Source of the DNA: a bacterium
Lineage (GTDB): Bacteria; CAIWAD01
Direction of reading: 5' to 3'
NCBI GenBank assembly: GCA_030429345.1
Contig: JAUIFJ010000003.1
Span: 111,100-175,099 of the forward strand
Length of the DNA: 64,000 nt
Of the stretch, positions 18,578 through 28,708 are shown in pieces (position 1 is the first letter of the stretch; every line of letters starts with the position of its first letter). The notes below the pieces were generated by a model. It was not told the origin of the DNA. It saw only the letters and a list, made by a program, of their open reading frames with translations, and ran no database searches. The translations under genes and the position numbers were made by a program.

Positions 18578-21500
18578 TCATGCCGACTTTGACGGGGCAT
18601 GCTCTTTCTGTGAGACCTGCACCCCCGCCAGCCCCGCCTCTCTCGCCTTCAGCGCATCCAGCGTCCCCGCGCGTTCCATGTGCTCCACCTGCAGCATCGG
18701 GACTTCCGCCTCCAGCTCGACGCGGCCTTCCAGCAGAAAGGGGCCGCGCTCGCGGCTGAGCAGGACGAAGCGTTCGTAGATGTCCGGGAAGAGCACCGCC
18801 TCCCAGGTGCCCGTGGTGTCCTCCAGGCTTAAGAACTTCATCCAGCGGCGCTCCTTGCGGGTGCGGATGGTCTTGTCGCTGAACTTCCAGCCCAGCATGC
18901 GGGCGCGGCCGCCCAGCCTGGCCCCCAGGTCGGCCCCGCGGATGCATTCCTTTTCCAGGCCGCCGAAGTTGTAGAGTTCCATCGGGTGGAAACGCGGGCT
19001 GAAACCGAGCACCCGCCGTTCGTGAAGCCAGCGTTCCAGCCAGCCGTAATCCTCGATGCCGGAGGGCGGTTCCTCCGGCAAATCCTCGAACAAGGCATCC
19101 TGTGCCATCACCCCCCCGCAGGGGCGCCCCGCGGGCGCCCTCCCGCTGGACGCGGAGGAATCCCTCCCCGCCCGCGCCGAGGGCGGCCGCAGGCCGCCCG
19201 TACCGGGGGCGCGCCCCGCCCGGCCCGAAGGCGAAGCCAGCTGGATCGCCCAGAGCAGCTGGGGCCGCGAATAGCCGAAGGTATCGCAGGCGCCGCACTG
19301 GACCAGGGCTTCCAGCTCCTCCTTGTCGGCATGGATGCGGCGGCGCAGGTCGCGGAAGCTGCGGAAGGGGCCGTCCTCGCGGCGGCTATCGAGCAGGCGG
19401 TGCAGGGTCGCGCCGGAGAGGCCGGCGATGGCCAGCAGGCCGACGCGCAGCTCGCCGCCGCGGCCCGTGTACTCGCGGGCGCTGCGGTTGACGCAGGGGG
19501 GGAGCACGGAAAGGCCCAGGCGGCGCGCCTCCTGCACGTAGGCTGCCGCGCTGTAGAAGCCGCCGCCGTTGCTCAACACGGCGGCCATGAAGCGCGCCGG
19601 GAACCAGGCCTTGAGCCAGGCCACGCGACAGGAGAGCACGGCGAAGCTGGCACTGTGGGCCTTGCAGAAGGCGTAGCCGGCGAAGCTCTCGATCTGGCGC
19701 CAGACCTCCGCGGCCGTGTCACGGGGAATGCCGCGTGATACGGCGCGGGCGGCGAAGCCCTCTTTCAGCTTGAGCATCTCGTCGCGGGAGCGGCCCTTGC
19801 CGCTCATGGCGCGGCGCAGCAGGTCGCCCTCGCCGAGGCTCATGCCGGCCAGGGCGTGGGCCACCTTGATCACATCCTCCTGGTAGACCATCACCCCGTA
19901 GGTGTCGCGGAGGATCTCCTCCATCAGCGGGTGGGCGTACTCCACTTTCGATGGATCACGATGCCTTTCGATGAAGGCCTGCATCATGCCCGACTCGGCG
20001 ACACCGGGGCGAATGATGCTGCTGGCCGCCACCAGCAGCTCGTAGTCGGCGCACTGCAGCTTGCGCAGCAGCGCCTGCATGCCCGGGCTCTCGATGTAGA
20101 AGCAGCCCATGGTGCGGCCCTCGCGCATCATCTCCGCCACGCGCGGATCGGCGCAGATCTCCTCCACGCTTTCCGGCATGCGCCCCTCCAGCCCTTCGCG
20201 CTTCAGCTGGCGGCGCAGGTCGCTGTAGACGCCCAGGCCGCGCTGGGCCAGCAGGTCGATCTTCAGCAGCCCCAGCTCCTCCACCGGTCCCATGTCCAGC
20301 TGTGTGACAACCAGGCCCTTGCCGGCGCGCTCCAGCGGGCAGAGGTCGGCCAGCGGCCCGGGACTGATCACGATCCCCCCGGCGTGCACCCCCGTGTGAC
20401 GCGGCAGGCCGACCAGTGCCCGCGCCACCTGCAGCACGCTCTTCAGCGGCTCCTGCTCCGGGTGCAGGCCGTAGTTCTCCGGCTTCTCGCGCAGCATCGT
20501 CTCCCAGTCCTTCGAGACGCCGTGCGGCAGGTGGCGGGTCAGCGAGCGCAGCTCCTCCCCGCTGATGCCCAGCATCTTGGCTGCCTCGCGCACGGCGCCG
20601 CGCAGGGCGTAGGTGTTGACCGTGCCGATCATCGCCACGCGCTCGGGGCCGAAATGGCGGTAGACGAAGGCCAGCACCCGGTCGCGGTCGACCCAGCTGA
20701 AGTCCAGGTCGATATCCGGCGGGCTCGAGCGGCAGGGGTTGAGGAAGCGCTCGAAGAAGAGTTTGTGCTGGATGGGGTCGACTTCCGTGAAGCCCAGGCA
20801 GTAGGAGACGATCGAGTTGGCGGCGCTGCCGCGGCCGATCATCGGCAGCTCCTCGCGGCGGGCGTAGCGCACGATCTCGTCGACCACGAGGAAATAGCCG
20901 GTGAAGCCCAGCTCGCGGATCGCCGCCAGCTCTCGGCGCAGGCGCTCCTGGGCGGCCGGGCGTGACGCGCTGCCCTCCGGGTAATGCCGCGCAAGGCCCT
21001 CGCGGCAGAGGCGCTCGAGCCAGGCCTCCGGGTCCGAGACCCCTTCCGGCAGGCGCGGCGAGGGCAGGCGCAGGCCGCCCAGCTCGAGATCGAGGGCGCA
21101 CTCCTCGCGCATGCGCCGGTCGTGCAGCAGGGCCTCGGGCAGGCTCGCGAAGTCGCGGCGCACTTCTTCCGGACTGCGCAGCCAGGCGCCCTCGAGGAAG
21201 CGGCGGCTGTATCTCAGGCCGTGCAGGTGACGGTTCTCGTGGATCGCGCGCAGCCACTGGTGCAGGCGCAGGTCCTCCGGGCGATCGTAGTACACCGGGT
21301 AGTGCGGCACGCAGGGCAGGCCCAGCTCGCGGGAACGCCGCCAGAGCCGGTTGGCGCGGCGGCGGTCCAGGGCCGGGCTGAGGCCGATGTGCACCCGGCG
21401 CGCCAGCTCCGCCGGATCACGGAGAGCGTGTCGCCGGGGAACGCGCTCGCCCTCGGGATGGAAGAGGAAGTCGATGGCCCGCGGATCGGGCAGGATCAGG

Positions 21501-22090
21501 AAGCAGTCGCGCAGCTCGAGCAGGCTCTGGCGCAGGGCCGCGCGCTGGCGGGCCTCGGCGGCGTCGAGGGCCGGCTCGCCGGCGGCGTAGTCCCACTGCT
21601 CACCGGGCCGCGGACGAAAGATTGCTCCCTCGCCGTAGAGCTGCTGCAGCTCGCCGAAGGAAAGCGGAATCGAGGAGTCCCTTTCGCCCCCCGCCTGCTG
21701 GGACGCGGCCAGCCGGCGCTCCCGGCCCCGCCCGGCCCGTTCCGCCAGGCCGTGGGGGGCAGCGTCGCCACCAACCGCCCTCCCCGCATAGGATCCCAGC
21801 CAGGGGCCCGGCCCCAGCTGGGCCAGGCTTACCAGGCGACTCAGCTCGCCGAAGCCCTGGGCGCCGCGGGCCAGCACCACGGCCCCGCCGGCCTCCGGCA
21901 GGCGGCAGCCGAGGATCGGCTTGATGCCCTGCTGCCGGCAGGCCTTCTGGAAGGCCACCATGCCGTAGAGCCCGCGGTTGTCGCACAGCGCCAGCTCGCG
22001 GTGTCCCAGCTCGGCGGCCCGCCGGACCAGCGCTTCCGGCGACTGGGTCCCGCTGCCGAAACTGAAGGCGCTGTGACACTCCAGGGGCAT
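18578..22090 (-). CDS. dnaE2: Error-prone DNA polymerase III alpha subunit (DnaE2/ImuC-type)
   Basis: PHP domain (HSAFSF), GRGSAANS, FERFLNP, PPDIDLDF, FCKAHSASF, OB fold; downstream of an imuB-like gene. Confidence 0.9.
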   Translation of the reverse strand: MPLECHSAFSFGSGTQSPEALVRRAAELGHRELALCDNRGLYGMVAFQKACRQQGIKPILGCRLPEAGGAVVLARGAQGFGELSRLVSLAQLGPGPWLGSYAGRAVGGDAAPHGLAERAGRGRERRLAASQQAGGERDSSIPLSFGELQQLYGEGAIFRPRPGEQWDYAAGEPALDAAEARQRAALRQSLLELRDCFLILPDPRAIDFLFHPEGERVPRRHALRDPAELARRVHIGLSPALDRRRANRLWRRSRELGLPCVPHYPVYYDRPEDLRLHQWLRAIHENRHLHGLRYSRRFLEGAWLRSPEEVRRDFASLPEALLHDRRMREECALDLELGGLRLPSPRLPEGVSDPEAWLERLCREGLARHYPEGSASRPAAQERLRRELAAIRELGFTGYFLVVDEIVRYARREELPMIGRGSAANSIVSYCLGFTEVDPIQHKLFFERFLNPCRSSPPDIDLDFSWVDRDRVLAFVYRHFGPERVAMIGTVNTYALRGAVREAAKMLGISGEELRSLTRHLPHGVSKDWETMLREKPENYGLHPEQEPLKSVLQVARALVGLPRHTGVHAGGIVISPGPLADLCPLERAGKGLVVTQLDMGPVEELGLLKIDLLAQRGLGVYSDLRRQLKREGLEGRMPESVEEICADPRVAEMMREGRTMGCFYIESPGMQALLRKLQCADYELLVAASSIIRPGVAESGMMQAFIERHRDPSKVEYAHPLMEEILRDTYGVMVYQEDVIKVAHALAGMSLGEGDLLRRAMSGKGRSRDEMLKLKEGFAARAVSRGIPRDTAAEVWRQIESFAGYAFCKAHSASFAVLSCRVAWLKAWFPARFMAAVLSNGGGFYSAAAYVQEARRLGLSVLPPCVNRSAREYTGRGGELRVGLLAIAGLSGATLHRLLDSRREDGPFRSFRDLRRRIHADKEELEALVQCGACDTFGYSRPQLLWAIQLASPSGRAGRAPGTGGLRPPSARAGRDSSASSGRAPAGRPCGGVMAQDALFEDLPEEPPSGIEDYGWLERWLHERRVLGFSPRFHPMELYNFGGLEKECIRGADLGARLGGRARMLGWKFSDKTIRTRKERRWMKFLSLEDTTGTWEAVLFPDIYERFVLLSRERGPFLLEGRVELEAEVPMLQVEHMERAGTLDALKAREAGLAGVQVSQKEHAPSKSA

Positions 22091-22201
22091 GAGGCTTCCC
22101 TCAGAGACAGGAGACGCCCCGGCAAAGGGGCGTCTCGGACACATGAATACCGGGGATCAACCGGTGCTGTTGGACTTCTCGCTGGTACTGGCCGTTCGTC
22201 G

Positions 22202-22433
22202 CCTCGCACGGAGAGCACGGAGGAGACGGAGATCACGGAGTTCAGACAAGAGCGAACTCACACAGTCCTACTGCCGTCAGCCCGCCGCCCCCCGCTGTCA
22301 TCCCGCGGGATGACAGCAGAGAGGGCCACATGAATGGCAGCAAAGCGGCCGCACGAACAACTATGGCCCTGCCCTCTTCTCCTTCTTCTTTCTTCTCCGT
22401 GTTCTCCGTCTCCTCCGTGCTCTCCGTGCGGGG
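22202..22433. repeat. MITE-like inverted repeat element (family A) enclosing a family B hairpin
   Basis: CGCACGGAGAGCACGGAGGAGACGGAGATCACGGAG arm with reverse-complement arm at about 22396-22433; internal GCTGTCATCCCGCGGGATGACAGC. Confidence 0.85.
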
Positions 22434-22466
22434 CACCCCGTGCGGGGCACCCCGTGCGAGTTCTTC

Positions 22467-23627
22467 CTACCCCGTCAAACCGACGCGGACGCTGGTGTTG
22501 CCGTAGCGCTGCTTGACTTCGCCCAGGCTGTGCTCCACGCGGTGCTGGCGCAGGATACGGCCCGCGTGGAAGACATCCAGCTGGGGATCCGGGTTCTCGA
22601 GGCGCGAGAACTGCAGCTGCAGGGCCTGGACACGGGCGCGGCGCTCTTCCAGGCAGCGCTCCAGCAGCAGCTTCGCCGTGGCGCGCATGCCCTGCAGGGC
22701 CGGTTGGCCGGGAACGCGGCGGATCTTTTCCCCGCGCAGCAGGCGGCGACCGTCGCTGAAAGAGAGTTCCAGGAAGACATAGCCGCTACGGCGGCCGCGC
22801 TGGCGCAGGCGATCGGCGGCGTCTTCCACCAGTTCGAAGAGCTGCGCCGCCAGGGCGCGCTCATCGGTGGTATCACGGCCCAGCCGGCGCTCGACCACCA
22901 GGCGCTTCTCGCTTTCGCGCACCTGGAAATCCGTGCGCACCCGGTTCAGCTCGCGGACCAGGTGCCGGCCGCCTTCGCCGAAGACCTTCTGCAGGAAAGC
23001 GGGCGCCACCGCGCGGGCCTCGCCAAGGGTGTGGATGCCCATCTCCCCCAGGCGCTCGCGCAGGGCCGTGTCGACCCCGGGCAGCCAGGAAACGGGGAAG
23101 GTGCGCAGCAGGCGGTCCTCCTCCTGCGGTTCGAGGCGGCAGACCTCCCCGGTCGTGGCGCGGCGGGCGATGAAGGAAGCCGCCAGCGCGCTGCCGCCAA
23201 TGCCGATCGCTCCCTCGAGCTGCAGCTCGGCCAGTTCCTTGAGAATGCGCCGGCCAAGGGCCAGGGGATCCGGATGCAGCAGGGAGCAGCCCGCCAGGTC
23301 GATCTGGAAACGGGAGAGGCCCTGGCGCTCCGCTTCCGGCGTCCGCTCGCGCAGCAGGGCCAGCACCCGGTCGGAAAGGGAACGCTGACGCTCCTGGCTG
23401 CCGCGCACCACCAGCAGCTCCGGCGCCCGGCGGCGGGCATGGGCCAGCAGCATGCCGGCCTGCAGTCCCTCTTCGGCCGCGGCCGGCGATACGCCCAGCA
23501 GCTGGCTGCGATCGTGCTCTCCGCTGGCGATGACGAAGCACTTGTCCTTGAGCAGAGGATTGAGCCGGCTCTCGACGGCGGCGCCGAAGTGCGGCAGCCT
23601 GAGGTGCAGAATTGCTTGCGCTCCCAT
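22467..23627 (-). CDS. Y-family polymerase-like protein lacking catalytic acidic residues (ImuB-like)
   Basis: DinB-like layout, but ILHLRLPHF replaces the DxDxF motif and GLSRFQID replaces SIDE; GGGAGG RBS before ATG 23627. Confidence 0.85.
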   Translation of the reverse strand: MGAQAILHLRLPHFGAAVESRLNPLLKDKCFVIASGEHDRSQLLGVSPAAAEEGLQAGMLLAHARRRAPELLVVRGSQERQRSLSDRVLALLRERTPEAERQGLSRFQIDLAGCSLLHPDPLALGRRILKELAELQLEGAIGIGGSALAASFIARRATTGEVCRLEPQEEDRLLRTFPVSWLPGVDTALRERLGEMGIHTLGEARAVAPAFLQKVFGEGGRHLVRELNRVRTDFQVRESEKRLVVERRLGRDTTDERALAAQLFELVEDAADRLRQRGRRSGYVFLELSFSDGRRLLRGEKIRRVPGQPALQGMRATAKLLLERCLEERRARVQALQLQFSRLENPDPQLDVFHAGRILRQHRVEHSLGEVKQRYGNTSVRVGLTG

Positions 23628-23644
23628 GAGCCCTCCCGTTGTTT

Positions 23645-23702
23645 TGTTCACACTCTACTGAACATCTGATCCCGAGTCAAGAACAAAACTCGCTCTTTGT
23701 TC
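23645..23702 (-). promoter_or_regulatory. sigma70 promoter with overlapping palindromic operators (candidate SOS box)
   Basis: Minus strand TTGACT(23680-75)-N17-TAGAGT(23657-52); TGTTCA-N8-TGAACA (23645-64) straddles the -10; GAACAAA-N8-TTTGTTC (23681-702) abuts the -35. Confidence 0.65.
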
Positions 23703-23850
23703 AGCACCATCTGAAGGAATCAGCCAACCGCCGCTCCCCCGATGACAGACGCAAAATTCGCAAGGGGTGGGACATTTCTAGGGGCGGAAGGCTCTCCTTA
23801 TCTTATGGCTGGTTCAGCGCACGCAATCGAACAGCGTATCCACTTGCGTG

Positions 23851-23993
23851 CGTCATCCCGTGGCTTGACCACGGGATCGGTATCCATGCCGAAGGCCGGA
23901 GGGCTGGCAACGCAAACCTGTGTGCAGGAGGTTGCCGCAGCCACCTGTCTGCGACGCGGACAAGGATTCCGCGGTCAAGCCGCGGTATGACAG
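23851..23993. repeat. REP-like inverted pair (family B)
   Basis: GTCATCCCGTGGCTTGACCACGGGATC ... GATTCCGCGGTCAAGCCGCGGTATGAC; related sequence at 32071-32120 and 22294-22318. Confidence 0.8.
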
Positions 23994-24033
23994 CCGGTGA
24001 AGCACGAGCCTTTCAGCTGAGAGACATCTCCTT

Positions 24034-24777
24034 TTGCACGACGAACTCATCGATCAGATGGAACAGGTCCAGCGCCGCCACTTCTGGTTCCGCGCGCGGG
24101 CGGAAATCCTGCTGGACCTGCTGACGCCGCTCGCCGAAGACGGACGGCGCGTGCTCGATGTGGGCTGCGGCACCGGCCTGCTGCTGGCGAGCCTTCCGGC
24201 GGGCAGCCGCCTGGCCGGACTGGACAGCAGCGAGCGCGCCCTGTCACACGCCCGCCGCAGGCTGGGAGAAAGCGCCGACCTGCGCAGCGGCTCCCTGCCG
24301 GCGCAGATTCCCTTCGAAGAGAACAGCCAGGACCTGATCACGCTGACCGACGTGCTCGAACACATCGAGGACGACCGCGCGACCCTCGTCGAGCTGCGAC
24401 GCCGCCTGGCTCCCGGCGGCCGCCTGCTGCTCACTGTGCCGGCCTTCTCCTTTCTCTGGAGCCGCCACGACGAGGAGCACGGCCACTTCCGCCGCTACCG
24501 CGCCCCGGCCCTGCGCCGGCTGCTGGAGGACAGCGGCTTCCGCGTGGAGCGGCTGGGCTATTTCAACTTCCTGCTCTTTCCCATGGTGCTCGCCGTGCGC
24601 GCGCTCAAGAAGATCACCGGGGACCGGGGCGGAGACATGGAGATTCCCGGGGCGCCGCTCAACGCCCTTCTGTATACCATCTTCCGCAGCGAACGGATCT
24701 GGCTGCGCCGGGGAAGCTTTCCCTGGGGCGTCTCCCTGCTCGCTGTCGCACGACGAGAGGAGGACACATGCAGCTGA
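24034..24777 (+). CDS. Class I SAM-dependent methyltransferase
   Basis: VLDVGCGTG, DVLEHIEDD, LWSRHDE..GHFRRY. Confidence 0.9.
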   Translation: MHDELIDQMEQVQRRHFWFRARAEILLDLLTPLAEDGRRVLDVGCGTGLLLASLPAGSRLAGLDSSERALSHARRRLGESADLRSGSLPAQIPFEENSQDLITLTDVLEHIEDDRATLVELRRRLAPGGRLLLTVPAFSFLWSRHDEEHGHFRRYRAPALRRLLEDSGFRVERLGYFNFLLFPMVLAVRALKKITGDRGGDMEIPGAPLNALLYTIFRSERIWLRRGSFPWGVSLLAVARREEDTCS

Positions 24778-25103
24778 TCTGTACCGCCACCTGCGGAACC
24801 TGCCGCAAGGCGGTCGCCCTGCTCAAGGAGAAGGGCATCGACTTCGAGTATCGCGACTACAAAAAGGACCCCCTGAGCCCGACGGAGATCCGTCGCCTGC
24901 TCAAGGCCCTGGACCTGCACGCCCGCGACCTGCTGCGGCCCCGTGATCCAGCCTACCGCAGCCTGGGGCTGAAGGGCACCGAAAGCGACCGCGTGCTGGT
25001 GCCGCTGCTCAGCGAATACCCCGGACTGATGCAGCGTCCCATCGGCTGGAAGGGGAACCATGCCGTGGTCGGGCGCCCGATCGAGGAACTGCTCGAGCTC
25101 TGA
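24768..25103 (+). CDS. ArsC/Spx-family thioredoxin-fold protein
   Basis: CGTCRKA and LMQRPI motifs. Confidence 0.85.
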   Translation: MQLICTATCGTCRKAVALLKEKGIDFEYRDYKKDPLSPTEIRRLLKALDLHARDLLRPRDPAYRSLGLKGTESDRVLVPLLSEYPGLMQRPIGWKGNHAVVGRPIEELLEL

Positions 25104-25225
25104 ATGTCCAGCGCGAGTGACACTGTGACACAGGGGCGGGGCGAAGGGCGAGAAAATCCTGTCGCCTGCGCCTCGACCTGCCTATCTTGCCCCACAGCGC
25201 GGCCCGCGGGCCGGGAAAGGATGAC

Positions 25226-25477
25226 ATGCCCGAACTGAAGGTCTACTCCACCGACTGGTGCGGCGACTGCCGCGCGCTCAAGCGCTTCCTCGACAGCGAG
25301 AAGGTGCCGTATACGGAGATCAACATCGAGAACGATGCCCGGGCCGAGAAGGAGCTGATCGAGAAGACCGGCAAGCGCGGCATTCCCTACATGGTCATCG
25401 ACGGGGAGTGGATCAAGGGCTATCCCATGGATGCCGGCGGCTTTCGCACGCTGCTGTCCGGGAAAGGGCTGCTCTGA
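25226..25477 (+). CDS. Glutaredoxin-like protein
   Basis: YSTDWCGDC, GIPYMVIDG. Confidence 0.85.
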   Translation: MPELKVYSTDWCGDCRALKRFLDSEKVPYTEINIENDARAEKELIEKTGKRGIPYMVIDGEWIKGYPMDAGGFRTLLSGKGLL

Positions 25478-26118
25478 TGGAGCTCTATCCCCGCGAGTGG
25501 AACGATTTCGGCGACCGCAGTCCGCAGGACCTGCCAGCCGGGGCCGCCGATCGTGACCTGCTCGAGAAGAGCGTGAAGCGCACCCTGCTGCACGAAGGCC
25601 GCATCGTGCGCCTGGAAGAGGACGTGGTCGAGCTGGCCGACGGCAGCCCGGCGCGCCGCGAGATCGCCCGCCATCCGGGAGCGGTCGCCGTGCTGGCCTA
25701 CGACCGCGGGGCCGACGAGCTGGTTTTCGTACGCCAGTACCGTCACCCGGTGGAAAAGGTCCTGCTGGAGATTCCCGCCGGCAAGCTGGATGCCGGCGAG
25801 CTGCCCCTGGACTGCGCACGGCGCGAACTGGCCGAGGAGACCGGCCTGCGGGCCGCGACGCTGCTGCCCATGCACAGCGTATACACCTGCGTCGGCTTCT
25901 CCGACGAGGTCCTGCATTTGTACTACAGCGAGGACTTCCGCGCCGGCGAGAGCCGCCTGGACGAGGGGGAACGGCTGCACACGGTGCGCCTGCGCCCGGA
26001 ACAGGCCTTCAGCCTGCTGGCCGCCGGGCGGATCCGCGACGGCAAGACGCAGATCGCCCTCTACTGGTTCATGGCCTACCGCCGGGGCAGCGCCCTTCCC
26101 CCGGAGAGCGCGGAATGA
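25477..26118 (+). CDS. Nudix hydrolase (ADP-ribose pyrophosphatase-like)
   Basis: TGATG coupling to the Grx gene; Nudix box GKLDAGELPLDCARRELAEETG; HPGAVAV, RQYR. Confidence 0.9.
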   Translation: MELYPREWNDFGDRSPQDLPAGAADRDLLEKSVKRTLLHEGRIVRLEEDVVELADGSPARREIARHPGAVAVLAYDRGADELVFVRQYRHPVEKVLLEIPAGKLDAGELPLDCARRELAEETGLRAATLLPMHSVYTCVGFSDEVLHLYYSEDFRAGESRLDEGERLHTVRLRPEQAFSLLAAGRIRDGKTQIALYWFMAYRRGSALPPESAE

Positions 26119-27776
26119 GCGCCGGCTCCTCCATCCGCAGGCCGCGCTGGATCCTTTCCGATCCCGCGGGCGATGCCCCGCTGCTGACGCGCCTGCGCGC
26201 CCTGCGCGGCCTGGACGAGGAGCCCGACCAGCTGCACGACCCCTTCGCCATGCTCGACATGGACCGCGCCGTCGAGCGCATCCGCAAGGCCCTGCGCGAC
26301 CGGGAACGCATCCTGCTCTTCGGCGACTACGACGCCGACGGCGTGACCGGCACGGCCCTGCTCTACTCCTGGCTGCGCGGCCTGAAGGCCGCTGTCGGCT
26401 TCCAGCTGCCCGACCGCGTGCGCGACGGCTACGGCCTGAAGGCGGAGATGATCGATCCCGTCATTCGAAAGGGCACGCAGCTGCTGATCACGGTGGACAA
26501 CGGCACCAGCGCCAATGCGGCCCTCGAACGGGCGGCAGAGGCGGGCATCGACACCATCGTCGTCGACCACCATCGCCAGACCGGCGAACTGCCACCTGCC
26601 GAGGCGGTGCTCAATCCCAACCGCCTCGAATGCGACTACCCCTTCAAGGGCCTGGCCGCCGTCGGCGTGGCCTTCAAGCTGCTGCAGGCCCTGCAGGCCG
26701 AGGACCGCATTTCCTACCTGGACCTGGTGGCCATCGGCACCGTGGCCGACATGGCTCCCCTGCGCGGCGAGAACCGTCCGCTTGTGAGACGCGGCCTGCG
26801 CGTGCTCAACGAAAGGCCCCGCCCCGGCATCCGCGCCCTGCAGGAGTGGATGCGCCTCAAGGGCCGGCCGATCACGGCCAAGACCATCGGCTGGCAGCTC
26901 GGGCCGCGCATCAACTGCGCCGGCCGGCTCGAAAAGGCCGATCTTGCGCTCAAGGCCCTGCTGGCGGAAAGCGACGAAGAGGCTCGCCAGTACGGTCGCC
27001 GCCTCGAGGCGATCAATGTGAGACGCCAGGACATCCAGCAGCAGGCCCTGGCCGTCACCGAGGCCGAGCTCAAGCGCACGCAGGAGCTGGAGCCGGCGAT
27101 CGTCGTCATCGGCGAGGACTGGCACCTGGGCGTGATCGGCCTGATCGCCGGCCGCGTCAGCAACCTGTATCACCGTCCCGTGATCGCCCTGACCCGCGTG
27201 CTCGGCAACGGCGTGCTCAAGGGCAGCGCCCGCAGCCTGGGAGGCTTCGACATCACGGAGGCCATCGGCCGCCAGCGGCACCTGCTGGAGGATTTCGGCG
27301 GACACGCCGAGGCCGCCGGCCTGACGCTTCGCGAGGAGAACCTGCAGGCCTTCATCGACGGCTTCACCGCCTACGCCCGCGAGACCATCACCGCGGAAGC
27401 CGCTCCCGAACTGCGTATCGACGCGGAAGTGCAGCCCGCCGAACTGGATCTGGACCTGGTCGAGCAGATCGCCGCCATGGCTCCTTTCGGCAACGGCAAC
27501 CCCTACCCGCTGCTGCTGCTGCGCGATGCGGCTGTCACACGCCGATTCACCTTCAGCGAGGACCGGCACCTGAAGCTCTGGGTCGAGGCGCCCGACAGCG
27601 CGCGCAGGGAGCCATTGGAGGTCGTCTGCTGGAACGAGGGCAGACGCGCGAAGGACTTCCCCTACGGCGCCCGCATCGACCTGGTCTTCGAACCGGAAAG
27701 CAACGAGTGGAACGGTCGCCGCAACCTGCAGCTCGTCTACAGGGACAGCCGCCCTTCCGGAGAGGAACGGGCATGA
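26115..27776 (+). CDS. recJ: Single-stranded-DNA-specific exonuclease RecJ
   Basis: GDYDADG, ITVDNG, DHH, GSARS, GGH, PFGNGNP. Confidence 0.95.
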   Translation: MSAGSSIRRPRWILSDPAGDAPLLTRLRALRGLDEEPDQLHDPFAMLDMDRAVERIRKALRDRERILLFGDYDADGVTGTALLYSWLRGLKAAVGFQLPDRVRDGYGLKAEMIDPVIRKGTQLLITVDNGTSANAALERAAEAGIDTIVVDHHRQTGELPPAEAVLNPNRLECDYPFKGLAAVGVAFKLLQALQAEDRISYLDLVAIGTVADMAPLRGENRPLVRRGLRVLNERPRPGIRALQEWMRLKGRPITAKTIGWQLGPRINCAGRLEKADLALKALLAESDEEARQYGRRLEAINVRRQDIQQQALAVTEAELKRTQELEPAIVVIGEDWHLGVIGLIAGRVSNLYHRPVIALTRVLGNGVLKGSARSLGGFDITEAIGRQRHLLEDFGGHAEAAGLTLREENLQAFIDGFTAYARETITAEAAPELRIDAEVQPAELDLDLVEQIAAMAPFGNGNPYPLLLLRDAAVTRRFTFSEDRHLKLWVEAPDSARREPLEVVCWNEGRRAKDFPYGARIDLVFEPESNEWNGRRNLQLVYRDSRPSGEERA

Positions 27777-28705
27777 CCGCGCAGCCGGAAGCCGCCGCGG
27801 CCGACGAGCGCCTGCGCGAGGACTTCCTGCTGGCCTGCCGCTTCGACCGCGGCCTGGGCGACAACAGCCTGGACGCCTACGCCGGCGACCTGCGGCGCTA
27901 CCTGGACTGGCTGTCCGACAGGAGCACGCCGCTCCACTCTGTCACACGCGAACTGCTGGGGGAGCACCTGGCCTACCTGCGCGACCTGGGGCTGGCCGCC
28001 CGCAGCCGCAGCCGGACGCTGAGCGTCCTGCGCAGTTTCCACGGCTGGCTGGCCGCCGAGGGCCGCCTGCCTGCCGACCCCGCCGAACTGCTCCGCTCGC
28101 CGCGCCTCAGCCGCGAGCTGCCGGATGTCTTCAGCCGCGAGGAGCTGCTGCGCCTGCTGGAGGCCGCGCGACAGGGCCGGCCCGAACTGGCCCTGCGCAA
28201 CACGGCCCTGCTCGAGTGCGCCTGGGGAGCGGGCCTGCGCGTCAGCGAGCTGGTGGGACTGGAACAGCGCAACCTGCTGCCGGCCGAAGGCCTGCTGCGC
28301 ATCTTCGGCAAGGGCGCCAAGGAACGCATCGTGCCGCTCGGGGCGCCGGGCTGGAAGGCCCTGGAGGCCTGGAACAGGCAGGGGCGTTCCCTGCTGCTGC
28401 GCAAGGCGCGTGATCCAAAGGCTTCCGCGGACCGCGTCTTCCTCAATGTGCGCGGCGGTCCTTTGAGCCGCATGGGCTTCTGGAAGGTGCTGCGCAAGCT
28501 GCTGCTCGAGGCCGGCCTGCCGAAGGAGCTGCATCCGCACAGCCTGCGTCACAGTTTCGCCACGCATCTGCTGGAGGGCGGCGCCAGCCTGCGCGCGGTC
28601 CAGGAGATGCTGGGACACAGCGACATCGAGACCACGCGCATCTACACCCACGTGGACCGGGCCTTCCTCAAGGAGGAGCACCGGCACCACCATCCAAGGG
28701 CCTGA
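27773..28705 (+). CDS. xerD: Tyrosine recombinase XerD
   Basis: GLRVSEL, GKGAKER, HSLRHSFATHLL, LGH, Y; ATGA coupling to recJ. Confidence 0.85.
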   Translation: MTAQPEAAAADERLREDFLLACRFDRGLGDNSLDAYAGDLRRYLDWLSDRSTPLHSVTRELLGEHLAYLRDLGLAARSRSRTLSVLRSFHGWLAAEGRLPADPAELLRSPRLSRELPDVFSREELLRLLEAARQGRPELALRNTALLECAWGAGLRVSELVGLEQRNLLPAEGLLRIFGKGAKERIVPLGAPGWKALEAWNRQGRSLLLRKARDPKASADRVFLNVRGGPLSRMGFWKVLRKLLLEAGLPKELHPHSLRHSFATHLLEGGASLRAVQEMLGHSDIETTRIYTHVDRAFLKEEHRHHHPRA

Positions 28706-28708
28706 GCC

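Noticed and set aside
25790-28705. 971-aa XerD fusion
   Set aside because: N-terminal extension overlaps the Nudix and recJ genes out of frame; true start is ATG 27773
27773-28705. Tyrosine recombinase as prophage or integron integrase
   Set aside because: XerD-like sequence in a housekeeping operon with recJ; no att sites or phage genes seen
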